Shown: positions 1-13,869 of the stretch, piece by piece
Position numbering within the stretch: position 1 is the first letter of the stretch
How the letters are laid out: every line of letters starts with the position of its first letter
Origin: Amphiscolops sp. MND2022
Lineage: Eukaryota
Direction: 5' to 3'
Assembly (NCBI GenBank): GCA_964187785.1
Contig: CAXLNC010001016.1
Coordinates: 1 to 64,000, forward strand
Length of the DNA stretch: 64,000 bases
Notes under the pieces: model-generated
Told to the model about the DNA's origin: nothing
What the model saw: only the letters and a program-made list of their open reading frames with translations
The model's database searches: none
Program-made: the position numbers and the translations under genes

Positions 1-1219
1 TCATTTGAGCACGAGCTTCGTGCGGCCATTCGTCATGATCTCATCAAGACTGCCGCTAAGAACCGCCCAGCTTTGGCGGGGCATCAGGGGATTGATTTAG
101 AGGTCACCTCAGTGCCATTCCAGCGAAAAGGGTGTAGAGATTTTGCTGAGCATATCACTATGGTCACGGACGGGATCTGGACCGGTAAGAGGTTGTGTCA
201 TGCTGGCCATCAGGATCATCCAGGCTGTGTTCATTGTCCTTGTGACCAGGAAGCAGCCCAACGCATACTCTGGGAATGCCCACGGTGGGCTGCTCTGAGA
301 ACTCTGGAACTTTCTGATAAAGAACACCGCGCTCTTCAGAGAATCCCTGCCTCCGCTGTCTGCGGGTTGTACCATCGGGATTTGGGAGAGAGGCTTAAGG
401 GAATTTGGAGCCGCCTGCAGGGACAATTGGCCGCCATTATACGGGCACATAATTTTACACATTGATTTCCGGATCAGGCATCCCCAGACATCCAAAGGAA
501 TGGTCAATAGTGCGCCAGTAAATGCCCTCAGCGAGGTTAGTCATGAGTTCCCCCCTCTGCCTCCAAATGACACTTGGAAGCGCACTCGACCCCTGGATTT
601 TGAATATACCGGCCGCCGCTGGTTGAATGGGGTATCATGGCCATTCTCTTCGGAGTCATGGAACCTTTTGTTGCACTTCCTGAGCAAGATCCGAGTGCCC
701 CACGGTGAAGATATTCACAGGGTTCCGAGGGTCACTTGTCTTGAGTTCTATGTGTGTTTTGTGGTTGCAAATGGGGGCGGAAGGTTTCGCACCGACCTCC
801 CTCAATCCATGCATGGGCACTGGATCTTTACTCAGATGGACAAGTGGAATAAGGCACTTCATGCCTTCCAGAAGACGGTAGCTGTGGATCTTTTTTATCC
901 AATGCAGATCACTATATCGGATAAGGATGACACCTGGAAGACTGTGGGATTCCCACCACAGCCAATGCTCACATGCCAGCTCCTTCTTCCGCACCTGCAG
1001 AAAGCTAAGAGGTTATTCGGGAGACGCTTCAGGGTTCTCCTGATTCGGAGGGTCAACAGCCTGTTTTCGCCGAGGTGTGGAGAAGGTATGCTCTTGGCAA
1101 GGCTGACTCTCAATGCCAGTACACTGATTCTGGGGCTATCCATATATCCCTTGCCATGGAATCCTTTGCCCTGTTTATGTGCCAAGTTGCCCCCTCCTCG
1201 TTGGTATCAAAGTGCTTAG
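1..1219 (+). mobile_element. 3' part of a non-LTR (LINE-like) retrotransposon, disrupted
   Basis: Frame 1 is open from base 1 to the stop at 465 (SFEHELRAAIRHDLIKTAAKNRPALAGHQGIDLEVT...CVHCPCDQEAAQRILWECPRWAALR). The Cys-rich ...LWEC motif resembles the zinc-binding domain that follows RT in non-LTR elements (zf-RVT-like). A protein-like frame resumes at 500-1219 after a stop/frameshift. The RT core would lie left of the window; the 3' end is not defined. Confidence 0.65.
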
Positions 1220-2239
1220 ACGCTCGGAGGTTCTTGTCGAACCTGGTCAAGAAGCTCTCAACATTGTGGCCCACTATCTTGTTCTTGCGGGTGTCTGCTG
1301 TGCAGCAGACATTGGACATTACAGGAATTGGGAGGCGATTGTCGTACACTAGCTCTGAAGAATGCACGAAAAGCCACCTGGTCATTGCTTGGCCAGGAGG
1401 TGAGAGAATGCAGTGCTGCAAACGCAATTTGTATATCCCACTGAGTTGCGCTTGGCGGTGGCTGATTAAACCATGTTCTGTTGTCACAACTGCTCAGGCA
1501 CGGAGGGATGCGCTCTCTCACTTGCAGCAATCTTCCCGTCAAGTCATGGACTCGACACGAGTGGTGCAGAAGCTGCCACTTTGAGCCATTGATTGAGGAA
1601 CCTGTGGACACGGCATTCAGAGGATGCCATTTGCTTGCCTTGCCCCCCGGAAAAAAATCTCAGAGTCCTGTCTCAGGAACTTGGAGCCCAGGTCCAGGTC
1701 CCGGAAAATGATGTCAAAAAACACACCCAGCCATTCATGTGGAAGACCCTCACCCCACCGGAAGATATCCAGACCCCAAAGTTTGAGTTTGTGCGTGCTC
1801 CTTCTTCTTGCCTGAAAAACGGCCATTAAGGAGGGGAAACGGCCCATTAAGACCATGCTGCTGGTTGGTATTGGCATTTCTCTATACCGAGCACATGGAC
1901 GCGGTGGGTCGCAAACTGCTGCCTACCCCCTCCCCCCCGGCAACCCCCGGAAACCCCCTGAAATTATGTTGCCCTTGTCCTCCTAGAGGTTCCGAGAATC
2001 CCAGAAATTCAAGGAGGTCGAAAGTAGGTCCGAAAGTAGGTTTCGGGGGGTCCCTGAAAAGCAGACTGTGGTTACTGTGACAGCATCTCACAAAATGCGC
2101 ACCCTGCAAGCACTCTCGAGTTCTCTCAATGCCGGCACTGCAAATTTGAGAGGCTGCCTGGGCCGAGGAAAGGCTTTTGGGTGACCTCCGGCGGTCTGTC
2201 CCCCAAAACGGCTGCATCCATTTACACATTACACACAAA

Positions 2240-2870
2240 AATTACCGAATTAATTCCAAAACAATTTCAGTTCGGTAATTCCTCCACCAAAATACCGAAT
2301 ATCATTCCCAAAGCCATTCGGTAAGGGATTCGGTAATCCTGTGCTCACACTACTTACCGAGACCAATTAATTCCAGAGACAAATCGGTTCGGTAATCACA
2401 GAACAGAAATTACCGAAAAATATTCGAAAGTGATAAAGTTCGGTTCGGTAATCATTTTGTGTGTAATGGTACACACAATAGAATTTCAGTCGGCTGCTCA
2501 ATGGGCTGGTTTCGGGCATGCCTGCCATGGTGGAAAACGGCTGTGCCTCGGAAGCGAAGAAAAAAAACAACATAAACATAAACATAAATAATTTCCAGCA
2601 AATTCGCCAAAATACCATCGTCCACGCATATATTACCTAATTAATCCCACGAACATTTAAGTCGGTAACAAGTCGGTAATGATTACAGGAATTAATTATC
2701 TGAGAGTTTTCTCAGTAATGGTTACAGACTGGTAGACAAACTTTACAGACTTACAAGCCAATGAAGTCGGTAATCCTCACAAAAACAATTCTGGAAACAT
2801 TTTAGTCGGTAATCATGCTGTAATCTTTACCGAAATGAATTCCCCCAGAATTTTTTTCGGTCGGTAATGT
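2240..2870. repeat. AT-rich block of dispersed ATTACCGA/TCGGTAAT motifs
   Basis: Many motif copies in both orientations. Confidence 0.8.
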
Positions 2871-3790
2871 TTGTGTGGAGAATGGTAGACCCCCCTCCCT
2901 CGGGCCCCCTCAGACCCCTGATTTTTTCATATGCTAGACCGCCTGGCTGCCCCAAATTTACTTTATTATGTTAGGAACTTTGTTCACCCAGAAAAAAAGG
3001 GAAAACTCCTACCATTAAAAAAAGCCCTAGACCCCCACCCTACTAGAGGCCGCCCAGGAAAATTTACGCCGCGATTTTTATGGCATTTTTCGGCTCTGAG
3101 TTCCCCCCCCCCCAAAAAGAAAGAAGCCCCACTAAGAGCTAGGTCTATGAATTAAATTCCTGCCCAGGGGGGGGCGGCGGGTTTCAAAATACATACACCC
3201 CTCACTGAAGAATGCATGCACCCTAACTCATCCCTGACAAAGCCAGTCATCCCAATATTCCTCATATTCAATCCATAGAATATGCGGTGCATGCGGATCA
3301 ACCCCGGGCATGCTGCAAAACACAGGAAAACAGGAGGAAAATGCTGCCCCCAAAAAAATGGGAGCAAAAAAACACATAAAGAAAAAAAACACGTAAACAA
3401 AATTTTCACGTGATTGTCCCGGCATTTTGGATGATTTTGTTTATGTGTTTTCTCTCTCCCATAAGGAATGAGCCGAAAAAGAAAACATAAACAAATTTTT
3501 CCAACCACCCAGTCCCGGGACAATCCCGCACATTTGTTTATGTTTATGTGTTTTTTTTCTTTCCCTGAAAAAAAGGAAAATGCGGAACGTGCGGACGGTC
3601 AGCGCGAGAAAAGAGGAAAAAGTGGAAAATGAGGAGGGGTGGTTTTGTCAGGGGTGGCTTTGGGTGACGTGGAAAAAAAGCCTTGTAGTGGCGAGAGACT
3701 GGGCAGCATGGGGATGAATCGAGCTGGAGTCCTGCATTCTTAGCGCCTGACAATCAAAGGCCCCAGGCCCTACACCGACAATTAATATAA

Positions 3791-3988
3791 TCAGGAGTCG
3801 CCCCGGCAACCCAAACCAAAGAAAGGGCCAAAACGAAAAGTTCATGAATTGCGCCCATCTTTGTGAATTCTGGTGTTTTTCCTTAGGAAAACAAGCACGA
3901 TTCACATTGAACCTTTGTTCCGGAATGCCCCTGCGAAAAGTTCATGAACTGACCTTTCTTTGGTTTGGTTTGCCGGGGCCACTCCTGA
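3791..3988. mobile_element. MITE, TCAG termini, 5-bp TSD TATAA
   Basis: TIR TCAGGAGT(C/G)GCCCCGGCAA(C/A)CCAAACCAAAGAAAGG; TATAA on both flanks. Confidence 0.9.
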
Positions 3989-5914
3989 TATAATTTGAAC
4001 AAATAAAAGGGGCCCGTAAGGGGAACCCAGGGAGTAACAACGGTGCTTTCTAAACGGTGTTTTTCAAAGTGGTGTGTTCAGATGGTCGTCAGGACTCGCA
4101 TGGGAAGAAGGCACCAAAATGCTTGAAAACACTGGTGTTTCAGACATTCTCTGTCCATCTGAAAGCATTTACCTCTGCCGCAAGCCCAGGAGGGGAATCT
4201 GAAAAACACCGTTTTGAAAACACCGTTTGGAACCGTAAGGGGAACGGATGGCCTGTAAAAGGACCGGATGGCCCCGTAAGGGGAACGGCCCCCCCCCTTA
4301 AGGGGAACGGACGGCCCTTTTACTTGTCGAAAACGCCTTTAATTCCGACGGTTCCTCTTGGGCAGACCAGCTTTTACCTAAAATCATTCTGAAGCAATAA
4401 GGGTCAGGCAAGTAAAAAGAAATTTGGTTGAGTAGAAATTCTTTGCCGGGGCTTTGGCCTCAGCGGCACAGGATCGCGAATCGCGAATCGCACGATTCCC
4501 TGAATTGCGGGCCGGGAATCGCCGGAAATTCCGCAACAAGAAGCACAAAAGGAGTGGAAATCGCAGCAAAGTAGAATCGCAGAAAATCGATTCAGAATCG
4601 CCATCTGAATCGCGGCCTATCAATCTTTAGAGTGACGTTGGAATCGCACGATTCGAATCGCACGATTCTAAATCGCCCGATTCCCGATTCAGAATCGCCG
4701 ATTCAGTGTGACTAAGACTACCCTGACAACCCATACCCCCTTCATTGAGAGGGTGGCATTTCAACCCCTTAATTAAGGGGGTGGGGGTCAACAAAAACAC
4801 TATAAAACAAGGGGCTTTGGACAGTCCACCCCCCCATTCAGAATCTCCAATTCAGTGCCACTACGGCTTTGACTTTCTTTGGGATTTTCAAGGGCTTTTG
4901 GGAAGCAATTTCACAACACCGTGATGCAGCTCTTCCCATGCATTTGCAGTCAGCGCTGTCATCGGGCCTTGACTTTGCTGGCCAGAGCTTTCGGGTCCAC
5001 CTCTGGTCGCGGATCGCAACATGCTGGAGTGGCCAATCTGCAGACATGTGTCAGAATCGGGGGGTTCTCAAACTCGCCTTGGCGCAAACATGCCTTTTGC
5101 AGGAGCCTCCGAAATGACAACAAATTTCTGACAATAAATTCGCAAATTTTGCGAATTTTGTTGTCATCGTACCCTCTGACACGAAATTATTATGAAAATA
5201 ATTCCCCGAGAATTACTTTTTGTAATTTTGTGAGGAATTGCGCCCTCAAAATCTCCGGGAAAGAAAGACTTTTCCCAGAAATTACGTGTGAGATTCGTAA
5301 CTTTTCAAAAATACTTATTTCAGAATAATTTTTCGTAAGTAATAATTTTGTGTCAGACGGTATTTCCCAAGAAAAACAGCATTTTGGGACAATTTTCCTT
5401 CAATTTCCCCCCCTCCCCGACCCCCTTGAAAACGGAAATTTTATTAATATTGTCGTTTTGGTGTCTCTGATTTTGAGGTTTTCTTGCATGATAAATGGGG
5501 TGGTAGACGCGTTTCTAGAGTGCAAAATTTTAAAGCAGCATTTGCCTAAAGAGTGTTGGAAGGGACAGAAAAAGGCAAACCTAACAAAACTTACTTGAAT
5601 TTTTACCGCTTTAGTTCATTTTTGGCAGCGCGCGTGGGCTTAAAGTTAAACAGCCAAAGGTAGGCTTTGAGTCGGGGTTTCTCAAACGTGCCCTGGCGCA
5701 AAAGTGTCTTCTGGCCTGGTGCTAAGCACCTTTTTCTAGAAGTATTTTGCGCACTTGGGCATCCTTACGGGGCCTGAGCAGGGGAGAGGTGGCGCCCCTG
5801 GTACGATACCTTTGCAGAACCCAAAGGTCACTTCACGAAGGCATGTCTGAGAAATGCCGAGACAGAAAGTGGGCCTACCAGAGATTCGCGCCCACTAGTT
5901 CGTGACTGTAATTA

Positions 5915-6127
5915 TCAGAAAAATCCTCGTGTCCGTAAAATTTTGGTCTGCACTTCTGGGGCCGGAAATGGCTGCGCCAATTTTATGGACGCCTGGAAAA
6001 AAGCGTCCGTTCTGCAGGAAAAGCCATGTCCACAAAATTCCTCGGTTTTAGGGGGGGGAGGGTATTTTGCGTTTTGGGGGGGGGGGGAAGTGCTGATTTT
6101 ATTTTTGTGGGCGCGAGATTTTTCTGA
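5915..6127. mobile_element. MITE, TCAGAAAAATC termini, 5-bp TSD AATTA
   Basis: TIR and TSD visible; reverse-oriented family member at 35805-36019. Confidence 0.9.
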
Positions 6128-6507
6128 AATTAGAGTGCAGAAATACCCTTTGCCCTTCCCATGACCAAAACCAAAACCATGGTTTTAGTTTTTGGTTTCA
6201 GTTTCCCTTTTTCTGCCGGCTTCCAAGGAAAAAGTGGTTTTAGTTTGGGGAAAAAAGTGGGTTTTAGTTTTTGGTTTCAGTTTTTGCCCGAGAGAGGGGT
6301 TGGGGTATTTGGGTATTTTTGCCTCCTTTGATGTAAGCGCGCCTGTAGGCGAACCTGCCTAAATTCCCACAAATCTGTCATTGAAATGAAAATAAATTGT
6401 CTCCAGACGAAAACAATCTGCAGTGTTGTTGGAATCAGTTGGATCGAATGGTAAGACCAGTAATTTGGATGAAAATTCAGTCGTCTTGGTAAAGGAACAT
6501 GGACTTG

Positions 6508-6716
6508 CCCTGAGGGCCAAAGGCACACTAATTAGTGAGCCCCGATTTTCTACCCCCTGCGAGATGCGATTTTTCACACGCGAGAAAGGGAAAACGGCCT
6601 TTTCAAAGAAAAGCCCTCGGCAAAGGCCGTTTTCCCTTTCTCGCGTGGGAAAAATCGCATCTCGCAGGGGGTAGAAAATCGGGGCTCACTAATTAGTGTG
6701 CCTTTGGCCCTCAGGG
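6508..6716. repeat. 209-bp fold-back inverted repeat
   Basis: About 95-bp arms (CCCTGAGGGCCAAAGGCACACTAATTAGTGAGCCCCG...) with one mismatch and a spacer of about 19 nt. Confidence 0.95.
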
Positions 6717-7489
6717 TGCTTTTAAAAACTCGCTCTTCACCTTTTTCAAGTTTTCCTGTGCCCACGACACGGTGTGGTCTAGCAAAAAATGCAGCGCGGG
6801 CCGCGCGGAGCCACTCTTTCCGGCTTTAGGTGCACAAGTGTTCTTCAATGACTTTGATCAACTGGGATCCTTCTCTTGGTTATTACAAGTCAGGGGTTTC
6901 AATTCAGCAGACATTTTTCGGGCGTTTCTAAACCTATGGTTTGCCAAACCTAAGGTTTGTAACCGGATGGCCTTCACGAAAACGCCGGGAAGCACGAAAC
7001 GACGGGAAGCACGAAAACGGCGCAAACAACAAAGCAACTCGACACCGAATATGACCGGGCGAAGGTTCCACCGTACAGTGGAAATGATCCCCCGCCCGCC
7101 CCTCGTAGTCTAAAAGGCGCTTCTCTTTCCACCCCTATTAAACGAAGTTACGAAACAAGGGGACGCAAGGGGTACAAGCGAGGTGCGGCGCGGAACTTCC
7201 TCCATTCATTTCCTAAGACGTGGGCCAAGGGGGACGAGCCACGAAAAGTTCCACGCAGCACCTTCTTAGAAGCAAAGGGGGCTTCTAAGAAGGTCTCTTT
7301 TCCCTTTGGTTCTAAAAGAAAGGGGACCTTCTAAGAAGCGCCCTTGCTTCTTAGAAGGTGCTGCGTGGAACTTTTCGTGGCTCGCCCCCCTTGGCCCACG
7401 TCAAATTTCCATTGTTCGGTACCCCGTTCGTCCAGTCATATTGGGCATGGAAACAACTTCAGACAGCCACAAACAAGAGGGCAGGGTGC

Positions 7490-7730
7490 CCAGGAACGGA
7501 ACCAGAACCGGAAACCGGAACCGTCGGAACCGTGTTCGCAGGAACCGAACGCGGAACCGGCACCGCCGGAACCGTTCTCCACGGACCGAAACCGGAACCA
7601 GAACCATCCTTTCTGTGAAGCTGTGCTGAAAAACACAAAAACCCCTCCTTAGAGGATCCGCCGGAACCGAAAACCGGAACCGCTCGAACCGTTCCATCCC
7701 CAAACCGTAACCGAACCGAACCGAACCGGG
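7490..7730 (+). repeat. ACCGGAAC/AACCGAA motif array inside a short repeat element
   Basis: Numerous degenerate 6-8-mer copies. Confidence 0.8.
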
Positions 7731-8932
7731 CCACAAGCAAGAGGGCGAGTTTGGGAGGTTCTTAATGGGGTTGGTGTAGATGGGGTCGGAGTGATTTTCC
7801 CCTTTCTTCACGCATTTTTCCCCTTTTTCTACGCATTTTTCCCCTTTTTCTACACATTTTTCCCCTTTTTCTACGCATTTCTCTGCGTCTCTTAAAGGAC
7901 AAGGGCAAACAACAGCAATTTACTGCAAAATTGGGGAATTTCACTCCGACCCCGTCTGCACCGACCCCGTGCAAAACTTCCCGATGAGTGCTGGATTCAC
8001 GGAAATCGCGGAAGCGACGGAAAATGATGAAAACCGCGGGAATCTGGAGTGTAAACCATGGGTTCCCCAAACAATGGGCTTAGAAATACCTTCGGTGGAT
8101 TCCCTGCAGAACCCCTGAGAAATGATTCGGGGGCGAATTTTCGGGGAAATGATTCGGGTTTTCGGCCCAAAAGTCAGAGTTGCGAGTCAAATGTCAAGAG
8201 CCTCTTAATGCCCCTTTTCTTAATGGGCTGTTTCCAGTGGATTTTCAAGAGGTAAAACGGCCCCTTAGGACGAAATCAGCGAAACGCCCCATTAAGGTCG
8301 GAAAACGGCCCATTAACGAGGGAAAACGGCCCATTCAGGCCAAGGTGCTGGTTGGCGTTTCAGTCGGCTGCTTAGTGGGCTGTTTTAGGGCACCCCCGCC
8401 ATGGCGGAGAACAGCCCCTCTAAAAAGGTTGCAAGTCAAAAGTCGGAGTTACAGACCAGAAGTCGGAGTTACAGCCAGGGAGAACCACAGAATCCGAACC
8501 GAATTGCCCAAAAAAAGGACCCGAATTGTGTTGTCGCGATGGCCCCAAAAATAATTCCTCTAGAAGTTTTTGCGTTACTATTATTTTCTGCGCGGGGGGG
8601 GGGGGTTATTAGACGTTGTTCGACATTCTTAGACGCTATTTAGATTCCATCCCTCACCCGTCAGCGTTGGCGCAAAATTACTACGAAAATAGTTCGAGAA
8701 CAATTTCTGGAATGTAATCCGTATATTAATCATTGCTAAACTTTTTAAACAATTTATGTTATGTAATCCATATGTAGTTTTACAGAAGATTACAGAGAGA
8801 ACCGTACGATTATGTAAACATCATCCCAAAACAATTTCTGCTATGTAATGATTACGGCGTGATTACATAAAATTCTGTATGTATGTAATTCTCTTTGTTG
8901 CAATGGTATTAGACGTTCGTTGCCTTCCCCAA

Positions 8933-9193
8933 GAGGGCGCACACGAAGGGTCGTACTCTCGAAAAGGCGTGTTTGTGCCTTCTAGAAGTGCCTTCTCGAA
9001 AGTCCCTTCTTAGAACCCCTTCTACAAAGCCTTCCCAGAACCCGTCTTCCCTCTAAAACCCATAGCAAGACATCTTCTAAGAACCCTTCCTAGAACCTCC
9101 TCGAAAGCAGTCTCGAGAACCCCCCCCCCCCCCCATTCTAAGAACCCTTCTTAGAAGGCGTGCTGTCGCATGACCCCCTTGGTGTGCACCCTA
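8933..9193. mobile_element. MITE, (G/T)AGGG termini, 5-bp TSD CCCAA
   Basis: GAGGGCGCACAC...GTGTGCACCCTA; interior of TTCTAGAA/GAACCC motifs. Confidence 0.85.
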
Positions 9194-9423
9194 CCCAAGA
9201 CGTTATTGCAGAACAGCGTCGGGGAAGTCTGGTGAATGGAGCCCTCTTTTCACACACACAACTTTTCCTGGAGGATGGTTCTGGGCGTGGTGATTAGGCA
9301 AAACCTTTTGCGCACGACGTTTTTAAAAGAAATTCCTTTTTCCTCTGGGGCACCAAACGTCCAGACCCCTCTCCAAAACCCAGCCCCTGCAGATTCCCTT
9401 TCCTCTACAAAAAAGCATTCTGA

Positions 9424-9705
9424 TTGACAACCCACGAGCCAGCTACAGAGCAGAAAACCCCACAAACCCCAAAATAGGCCAAAAATACCTGCCCGACATA
9501 CAAATTCCCCCTGCAGCAGGGGATCGGAAAAAAAATACCCCGAAAATACCAGAAAAATACTCCAAAAATACGAATTTCGTATTTTTTTGAGTATTCCAGG
9601 GGGTATTTGAAGGGGTATTTCGGGGAGTCTCATGTTTTGTATGTTGGGGGGTATTTTTGCATTTCGTTGGCTTTCCTATTCTGTAGCTGGTCGAGGAGTT
9701 GTCAA
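9424..9705. mobile_element. MITE, TTGACAAC termini, 8-bp TSD (C/G)ATTCTGA
   Basis: TIR TTGACAAC.C.CGA.CCAGCTACAGA; 7/8 TSD match; nested in the family also seen at about 18800-18970. Confidence 0.85.
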
Positions 9706-10662
9706 GATTCTGAGGTCCCAGAAAGAGGGTGGTTTGGGGAAGAAAAGTTCCTGAGCAGGGGCGGGGTGGACAGGGAGAAAAAAGGAAAAAGGATGCGCAA
9801 AAAGGGCGGGTTAGGCAAAAGCAAGAGTACTGTGAACATAGGGCTCCTGGAGCACTGTGGGACCCCCTCTCAGATCTACCATTCACCCCGAAATTTTTAC
9901 AAATTAATTCCTCTCCCGGTTTTTTGTTTGGTATTTTTTTTTGTTATTTTTACGGGAATTCGTTGCGGCACTGATTTTTTTTGTAACTCCCATGCGCTCC
10001 TCGGTGAGTCGCGTGGATATTGCACAAAAACCAAACAAGAGTGGCCAGATTCTGGATCAACGCTGGAGAATATTTTTTGTAATTTTTACGAAACGAATTC
10101 CTCGCAAGATTTTTTGTATTGCAAAACTTTTGGTGTTGATGGTAGTGGTTTTTGAGTAGAACAACCTTGTCACCGGGCACTTCTGTCGTTGTTTCTTACT
10201 CTTTCGTGGGGGCATCAATTCTCCACAATCTGTTTTGCAAATGCCCTTGCGTGCTTCTAACCCACAGCTTGCATGGACACATTGACCTTTACAAGATTCT
10301 CCTTTTGAGTTTTGGTTCGCTGGAGGTTGCCAAGCTCTGCTCGTGGCTCTGGTGTCACCCTGCGGAGATGCAATATGCGAGAGATACCTGATGCCCGAAA
10401 ACATGTGGCCAAAGGTGGCTGGACAAAGCAGGCAAGAAGCGGGTGAAATTTGGGCAAGATTCGGAACAAAATCGTACAAGACTTCCTAATATTCATATCT
10501 TGTCGTCATCTTGTCGAACTGGGTCCTCGACAACTGGGTCTACCGGTTTCTGAAAAAATTGGACAAAAATCGTTTCTAGAAGGGTTTTCTTCAAAAATGT
10601 ACACCTCTCGACACTCGACTCTGCAGAAACCCCCTTTGCCAAAACCCCCTTTTCTAGACCGA

Positions 10663-10897
10663 GCAAATGGACGCGGAGGGTTTGTGTCGCAAACTGCTGC
10701 TGACCCCACCTGATAAACCCCCGTAGAGCCCCTGAAAAGCAGACCGTGGGCACTGTGACAGCGTCTCACAAAATGCTAACCCTGCAAGCACTTTCGAGCT
10801 CTCTCAATGCCGGTACTGCAAAGAGGGGCTGCCTGGGACGAGGAGAGGCTTTGGGGTGCCCTCCGGCAATCTGTCCCCCAAAACGGCCGCGTCCATT
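10663..10897. mobile_element. TIR element (GCAAATGGACGCGG termini); second copy at about 1894-2222
   Basis: Shared interior CCCTGAAAAGCAGAC...CTCTCAATGCCGG; the first copy carries an extra 88 bp between CCCTGAAA direct repeats. Confidence 0.8.
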
Positions 10898-12708
10898 TGC
10901 ACATTATAGACCTTTTCTTGGTTCCTGGATAAAATTCGGGAAAAAAGTCGGGCCGTTTCGGGCGTTTTTGGGTTTTGGCCGAATTTTAGCGAATTTTGCC
11001 TGAATTTTGCCCGATTCTCGGCTGCATTTTCTAACGCCCTGTGCGGGCAGCACCTGGAGCTCAGCTTAATTGTCTGGACATCTTTGGACCGTGAGTGTAA
11101 GGGGAGCTATATAACAATTTGGCCACGCCCCTGACAACCTCTGATTTAAAGGTGAGAGGAAGCTCCTCACTTCGCAGAAACATGTGGAGCAAAAAAGCGC
11201 TCGAAATGAAATCTCTAACTGGATGGGTTTGGAGGGTCCAAATTTCCATTGGAATACCCTTGTCTTTCAGGGAGTCCAAACGTATAAGTTTCGAGAAGGG
11301 GGCGTTCGTGAGGGGGGCGTTGCGTAAATTTGTCGCAAATTTTGCCGCAAACTGCACGCCAAATTTGTGCAAAGGTGCATCAGGGAAAGGGGGCGCGAAA
11401 TTGTCACAAAGTAGAGACTCAACTTTGGAAAATTATAAGCAAAAACTCCGTTTCCGATGCCCCCTTCTCCGAATATATGACCAATCGACAGTGTGCAAAC
11501 TAGGTGCATTCTAAACGGCGAGGCTCAGAAAAGTCCACTTTTCTTGTGATTTTCTGGAGCCTTGTGATTTTCTCAGGAGCGCCTGCTCTCTAGGAATTCC
11601 ACTAGAAACCTTAAAATTTAATAAAATCACCGATTTTTACACAGACACCCCTTGTAAATCCACTTGTCTTACAGATGCCCTAGTTTGCACACTGTTGAAC
11701 AAACCATGCACTTTGTCCAGACATAGGCATGGGGAAATCGGGCAGGTTTGATTTTGGAAATTGCTCTCCTGAGTGCTCCAAATCACAAATCGCAAATCGC
11801 TAGTGATTTGAAATCGCGGAGCCCATATCGCAATGATTTCCCCCAAATCGCTGTCTTGGGCGGCTCAAATCACACTTTCAAATCGTGCGATTTGTGATTT
11901 GAGCCTCTGTTAAAATCGCCGTTAGAATCGCAATGCCATTTCCTGCACAAGTAGTCAGAACAATGAGCTTTTCTGAGAATGTTCACAGTGTTTCAAACCG
12001 CTAGTGATTTGCGATTCGCAATTCGAATCACAAATCGCAATCGCAATCAAATCGCACGATTTGGAGCACTGGAAATGCTCTCTGTGTACGCAAAAGAAGC
12101 AAAGCATCACCTGAAGTCCTCACTTAATCAACAAGTTGGGAAAAAGTTACATGGAAGCTGCACACCTCTTTACACTCCAGCTCCAGAAAGTATTGCGAAA
12201 CTAATTCCGAAAACAGTCTTTCATGTTATGTGCACCTAGGTGTGGAGTTATTTTAGCCACTGACATTGCGATTAACGTCGGCTTAGCGTCCGTTTAGCGT
12301 CCGTTTAGCGTCTTTTTAGCTCATCGCCTTGGTGGGGAGGTTGAGACACATCGATGTATTTGGTTTTCTCGGCGGAATATTTGGCTAAGAAAGCCAAGGG
12401 GTTGGCACACCAAATTTCATGTAACTGAAATGAGATTTTCCAAGAAAATATTCCCAAAACGCTAATTCCATGTAATTCTGTGAGTCACAAACAAATACGT
12501 GATAGGTAATTCTTGGGAGATTAATTCTAGAAAAATAGTTTCTTGTAACTGAAATGTAATTTTTCGGGAAATTAATTCCAAAAACAAAAATGTATGTATG
12601 TAATATTTTCTGGCTAGAGGAGTGTAGATACTGTTTCATTCGACATGAATCCCAGTCAAACTCCAGAATGATTGAAGTCGGTCTCGGTTTGGTGGCTGTA
12701 ACAATGCT

Positions 12709-12785
12709 TCAGCGAGCTCCAAACCCACAACCGGATTTGCGCAGCTACATTTGAGTTGGGCGAAATGAGGGCGAAATGACACCAA

Positions 12786-12830
<45 letters not shown>

Positions 12831-12993
12831 CACACGCACACACACACACACAAATTTGTAGCCTCACACCTGCGTAATACCAGCCATCTAGGAACAAACA
12901 CACCCAAATTTGTACCCTCTCGCTGGGGATGACAGCCGTTTGACCCTACTCAAACGGGGCTGTGCAAATTCAGATGGGCTTGGAGCTCGCTGA
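12709..12993. mobile_element. MITE, TCAG termini, 5-bp TSD ATGCT, carrying a (CA)n microsatellite
   Basis: TCAGCGAGCTCCAA...TTGGAGCTCGCTGA; (CA)n at about 12786-12850; related element at about 25937-26140. Confidence 0.9.
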
Positions 12994-13869
12994 ATGCTTA
13001 TTTCTGAAGATACAGAAAGTCAGTGACTGTAGGTGTCCCTTATTCAGAGTTGCAAGCTACTCAGAATTACAAAGTTGGTATCGGCAATCCCAAGACTGAT
13101 TCCCGAATAGTTAAACCTCACTTCTGCGGGGCGTGCAGAAGTGCTGCCGTGAAATTTTCTCCTGAGATCGTGCATGAAAGTTGCCATGGAAAATGCCGTG
13201 AAATTTCTGGTGAAATTTCGCTGCTCCTCGTTCCTCAGGAAACAAAGCTCGAAAATGCCCAGAACTTTTCACGACAAATTTCACGCCGTTTTTCACGAGA
13301 CGTTTTGCAGCTGCAAATGCCCAATTTCATGGCGTTTTTCATTCTGCAGACGTTTGTCCTTGATAAACCCCGAGACTGATTTCCGAATAGTTAGTTGGTA
13401 ACTGTAGCTCGCCCAACAGTTCCCAAATCATGTAACTCAGTCGGCAATCAATTTGAAACGAATGGCAGTGAGGCTGAGAGTTTAAAGGTCTGTCTTTTTT
13501 GCTGTTCTAGCATTTGGGGCCTTTTGAGGTGTGATTTTCGGGATTCTCTTCTAATCGTCGCAAAGGAAAACAGACCTTCTGATCCCTACCCTTAGGTGTC
13601 AAATGATGGAAGTCTCGTTTGATCCAGCCGAAGCGGACATAGCAGATTTGGACAGAAATTTGGAGACAAATTTGGCGAGTTGCCGGAAGGGAGCCAGGCT
13701 TCCCCGAGCTTCTGGAAAGTCCCCGGACTTCCCCGGAAGCTCCCGAACATCACCGGAAGTTCCCTGAACTTCTCCGGAAGTTCCCCTGCAACTTCCCCGG
13801 AAGTCCTCTCACTGTGGAACTTAAAAGCATCCAGAGGTTCCCCGGAAGTTTCCAAGACTTCCCCGGAAG

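Noticed and set aside
1577-1592. TGGCTCAA on the minus strand as another SL relic
   Set aside because: Only 8 nt match, expected by chance.
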